From contig CM082593.2 of the NCBI GenBank assembly GCA_040954595.2, positions 9,433,200-9,497,199 of the forward strand: 64,000 nucleotides of DNA, in the 5' to 3' direction. The stretch is from Balanoglossus misakiensis (Eukaryota > Animalia > Hemichordata). Position 1 is the stretch's first letter. Each line of letters starts with the position of its first letter. Of the stretch, positions 59,916 to 64,000 are shown piece after piece. The notes under the pieces are model-generated. The model saw nothing but the letters and a program-made list of their open reading frames with translations, was not told the origin of the DNA and made no database searches. The translations under genes were made by a program, and so were the position numbers.

Positions 59916-62297
59916 AACCATTTCACCACCATGGTACAGTCCAAACCCGTTGTTTTCTATGGTAAGGTTGGACCTCTAAAAAGGGAACTGGGAGGTTCTT
60001 TCTGGGAATCTCTTTATTTCTTCTGTCACAAAAATTGCATGGGAGTTCTAATTCTAAAAGGAGCACTGATTTGATAAAATATCTCAAAGTCAAGTTTTGG
60101 ATGTGGCTCCAGTTCAAGTATTGTAGGTGACTAGTTTTCCGGAGTTCAAGTCTGTATACTTGCAGTAGAGTTGGTCACATGGACTTGGGTAATCTGAGTG
60201 TGGTCAGAAATTGAACTTACACACACACATTGATTGAGTTAAGAACATGTCTGGTGTATTACTGTAATATGACTAGATACTGCAAATGCATACACAATAA
60301 GCGTATGTTAAAATACACAGTTTTCATTGATATATCTGATTCATGAAATTAAATACACATGTTCATTAAAACCCACTATGATAGAGCACCCCCACTGTTC
60401 AGAATGTCAGTTTTGAAGTCCTATATCTATGACGTCATGCCTAGCTGTCAATGTTAACTGATGTGTACTTGTACTACTTGTAAATGGAAGTACTTTAAAG
60501 TAAAGCTCAGATGTAAGGGTTTTGTAAAATAAATATAATATTAAAACATTGCAATCATTTTAGTCCTTCGGAACAGCGGTTCAATTGACTAATGTGATCA
60601 CTCTGTGTGCGGCATATGGCATATTAAGCATTTAGTATTTTTCAATCAGAAGCCATTAATCCTGTGATTAATTCTGCTTCTTGCAACACTGATTTTAAAT
60701 CACCACACATGAATATTTTTATCCAAAGGACTGTGGTGCCCAAGTTTTTATGATAAGATAAACAAACAGTGAAATTCACTGAAGAAGTGAGTGAGCACTT
60801 GGCCTATCATTGTTCAATGAAATGTGACCACCAATTCATTGACGCCTTGAGCATAGCAACAACAACCTGTGTATTGACGATACTGCCTGTAGCCTTTCAG
60901 TTGATGTTGCTTGATGTACATATATGACTGGAGTCGATCATTTGTGTTTTTTGTTGCATTGTTATTTTTAACAGCGTATTAAGCAATTTTTGTTTGAGTT
61001 CATCATTCAGTGATGGTAGCTGACTAAAATCAGTGATTGTCGTCAGGTTATGTATTTCAATTTTCAGGATGACTGCTTTTGTAATAAATTCACAAGTTCT
61101 GTGACCGTCACAATAGTGTTCTGAATTATTGGTTTGTTTTCCTGTAGTGTGCATTTACATGTTCCCAGATAGGAAGTTTTAATGGGTATTAGTGTCAACA
61201 TCCACAAGTGACTTGAGGCCAGTGAACTTGCAGTTGTGTGTAGTTTGGATATTAGCTTGTGGTGATATTAACATGGCGAATATCAAAATAGTACAAACAA
61301 ATGTTTAAAACAGGACATATCCATAGCTTTCCCTTTCATAATTGGACTGTATTGTTATTGAAGTACAAAGACTTTCCAGCAACATGACATGGCTGGATTT
61401 TTTTGTAGAAAACAAGTCCGGCTGCTATTTGCTGTCTTTGTATTACACTACTAGTAACATCTCCATTTCTAGCTTTGCACCTCACATTCAATGAATAGAC
61501 CTGTGGATGTTTTGACACTTCTCGTCAATGAATGTGTATGGCTGCAGTTTATCACATGATACACAAATCAAAGGAACAAACAGTGACTTTTATTTCTTTT
61601 GAGAACCTTGCATTCTTATATTTAAATGCTCACTCACTGGCCCCAATTGCAAAATAGCAACATTTAATACATGCGATATTCAATGCATTTACAGTATTCA
61701 AAAATGTTTGAAATTGAATATTGTGCCAAAGAGTGGTGTTGTCAGTCCAAATATCAAAGCATTGAATGATTGTTCACAGTTTCCTGTATGGTTTGGCCCA
61801 CCTCTTGTGAAAAGATGACTTGTGATATAGTGTTGTACATTGAAAAGAAATATATATACATGTATTTTAAATAATTCATATTTTCAATCTAGAAGTGGGA
61901 GCTGCTTCCTCAAGATATAATTGACTGTCAGAATGAAAGGCAAGCGATTCACACAAGTTAACTCCAACACAACAACTCTTCAATTAAATAATTGACATCA
62001 GATAACCACAAAGGCATTATTCAAATAAATTGTATAAATGCAGTTACAAGATTTGATGTCTGAAATTTACTGATATGTGTAGATTTTGTCAGCATTTCCC
62101 TTTCTGGGTTACTTTGCGATTAGTTGTTTTGCGTAGTAGAATGGAACAGTGCCCGGTCCGGATTGGTCACATTAATGTTCAGAGAGAAAGTTAATTTGGC
62201 AACTGCTCATTGTATGAAAGGTCATAGGGTTAAGATGTCTTATGTCAAAGTCACTTATGAATCCCTTAAAGATAAATGTAACCTATCTTATTGACAG

Positions 62298-62348
62298 ATA
62301 AGCCAGCAACAACAGAGAAATGTTATACACCCAAATGCTATCAACGAG
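62298..62348 (+). other. Candidate short phase-1 exon
   Basis: TTGACAG...GAG|GTGAGC, 51 bp, DKPATTEKCYTPKCYQR; supported only by splice signals and phase. Confidence 0.3.
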
Positions 62349-64000
62349 GTGAGCTTCTGTCTATCTAGGAAATGGTGCCACACTGCTACTAATAAGGACA
62401 AAAAAAGAGTTTTGTTTAGCGCGTAGGAAAATGTCAAAAATTTTAGTTATGGTAAACAACCAACACGCAAACATTTATTTTCTTTTCAATTGTTTGATAA
62501 AATTATTATAACTATCCCAAAATTTGCAGCTTGTGTGCCTTTAAAATTCAAATTCCTGTCCAAAGGGTGTCTACCCCTGCTGGTCAACTGTTATATAGGC
62601 AATTTACACAAACACGTACCAGTATAGATTCGACCACAGTCCTGTTGGCAAACATGCTCCAATGGTCTTTGCAGACAACCATCATAAATGCATGAAACGC
62701 AGCACGCTCATTCAGTCCGATAATAGGTGCTAAAACATAACATTTTGACATCACTAACATTTTTCCCAGTGACCAAATTTTCTCAGTTTGAATCGACTGT
62801 TGATTTTGTGGAAACATTAACATGGCCAGTTTTGTCCAGTGGCTGTGATTGAAACCATCTCCAATACCAGAAAAATGCTGATCCAAAACAAACGTTAAGC
62901 ACAAATTGTCATTTTGACTCGTATACTCAGAGTTTCGGAAACTTGATCAAGTAATATGACTTCAGAGAGGGGGGGGGGAGCAGTATCCCCTTCCATTTAT
63001 TGGCTGTTTAAACAGATGTGTCAGTTATGTTGAAGCATTCTTCTTGCTTTATGCAGATGCAATTTGCGCCCCCATCCTCTACATACTGTAATCAGTCTCA
63101 GTGTTTGCCTGCTCGAGATTGTCAGTTTTTCATTAAAAGGAAATATTCATTTAAATTAAGCTTTAAATAATCTTATATATGATATTAATTATGTCTATTA
63201 AATGACATTTCATAATATATCAAGATCAACACTTATGTATGACAAAACAGGCCAAAAATGAAGAAAATCTAAAATTCCTGTATTTTTTAAAAAGTGCAAT
63301 TTTGCAATGAAAAATGAAAAAAGCGATTTTAAATTCACCACTATTTTCTTGGGCTGGCCATCTGAAAGGCAGCATGGTTGTCAAAGGATAAATCTTTTAT
63401 GTCAACCGAGCAACATATTTAATATCATGAAGTGTACACAACATTTGCACTGCTGGAACTATCATGACCACAATACTTGTTTACAATACTTGTTTACCAT
63501 GGAGGTCAACTGGACCCCTATAAAAACGGTAGAACCGTTTTAATCCAGCTGACTTTCAAATTGCAAAGTACCGTCACAATCAAATTTGATAAGCCTATTT
63601 ATATGCATTAATTCAAGTTTAAAGGAAAACTCATGAAAAAATGTGCGTTTTGTGTTTACCCCACTGTGTTCACTGATCAGGTTTGCAAAATACATTCAAC
63701 CTTATGTAGTATGGTAATCAAACACTTAAAATGTGATGTCATATAACAAAGGCGTGTTGAAATACCCTGAAAGAAATAAAGTGTCTGTTTTACTTCTTAC
63801 AATATACCATGCCAACAATTCTGCTGATGCAAAATTCAGTTGATGCAACACTTACAGATGTATGCACAGAACATAAAATCAGTATGGGAACCCTCCATTA
63901 AAACTTTTGCACTTTGTACCTGACTTGGCTATTGTCAAGTCGTGTCACTTAATATGTAATATTACCTGTAATCTGTTTGGTTTTGTTATTATTTTGTTAT

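Noticed and set aside
62584-62930. Cys-containing minus-strand remnant, possibly RING-like
   Set aside because: Requires several frame changes and stops; no convincing motif by eye.
1-64000. tRNA, rRNA or prokaryotic operon features
   Set aside because: None recognised; spliceosomal exon structure and transposon content indicate animal nuclear DNA.

Overview
AT-rich eukaryotic DNA, probably from an invertebrate animal (species not determinable from the sequence). No intact host gene is evident. The backbone is two decayed, tandemly duplicated gene fragments on the + strand: MED25-like exons (about 4.8-26.9 kb, 2-3 copies, with stops, frameshifts and lost splice sites) and an array of phase-1 calcium-binding EGF exons (about 27.4-57.8 kb). 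Because the host DNA is duplicated, most insertions have an empty-site paralog inside the window, so their ends can be read almost to the base. Three classes of tyrosine-recombinase (YR) element are present: an Ngaro-type retrotransposon (15201-20106), an apparently intact Crypton DNA transposon (21484-23392) and a DIRS1-type retrotransposon with a methyltransferase-like domain (34051-39710). There are also many non-autonomous TIR elements, Helentron-type elements and a LINE fragment. The most interesting signal is shared by the Crypton and two sequence-unrelated non-coding families: a long terminal hairpin with a GNA triloop and repeated tandem G.A/A.G mismatches that form on one strand only, plus an internal segment complementary to the joined element ends. 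This predicts a folded single-stranded dumbbell substrate for the YR, analogous to integron attC or CTXphi attP. All alignments and folds were done by eye, and superfamily names for non-coding elements rest on TIR/TSD signatures only.
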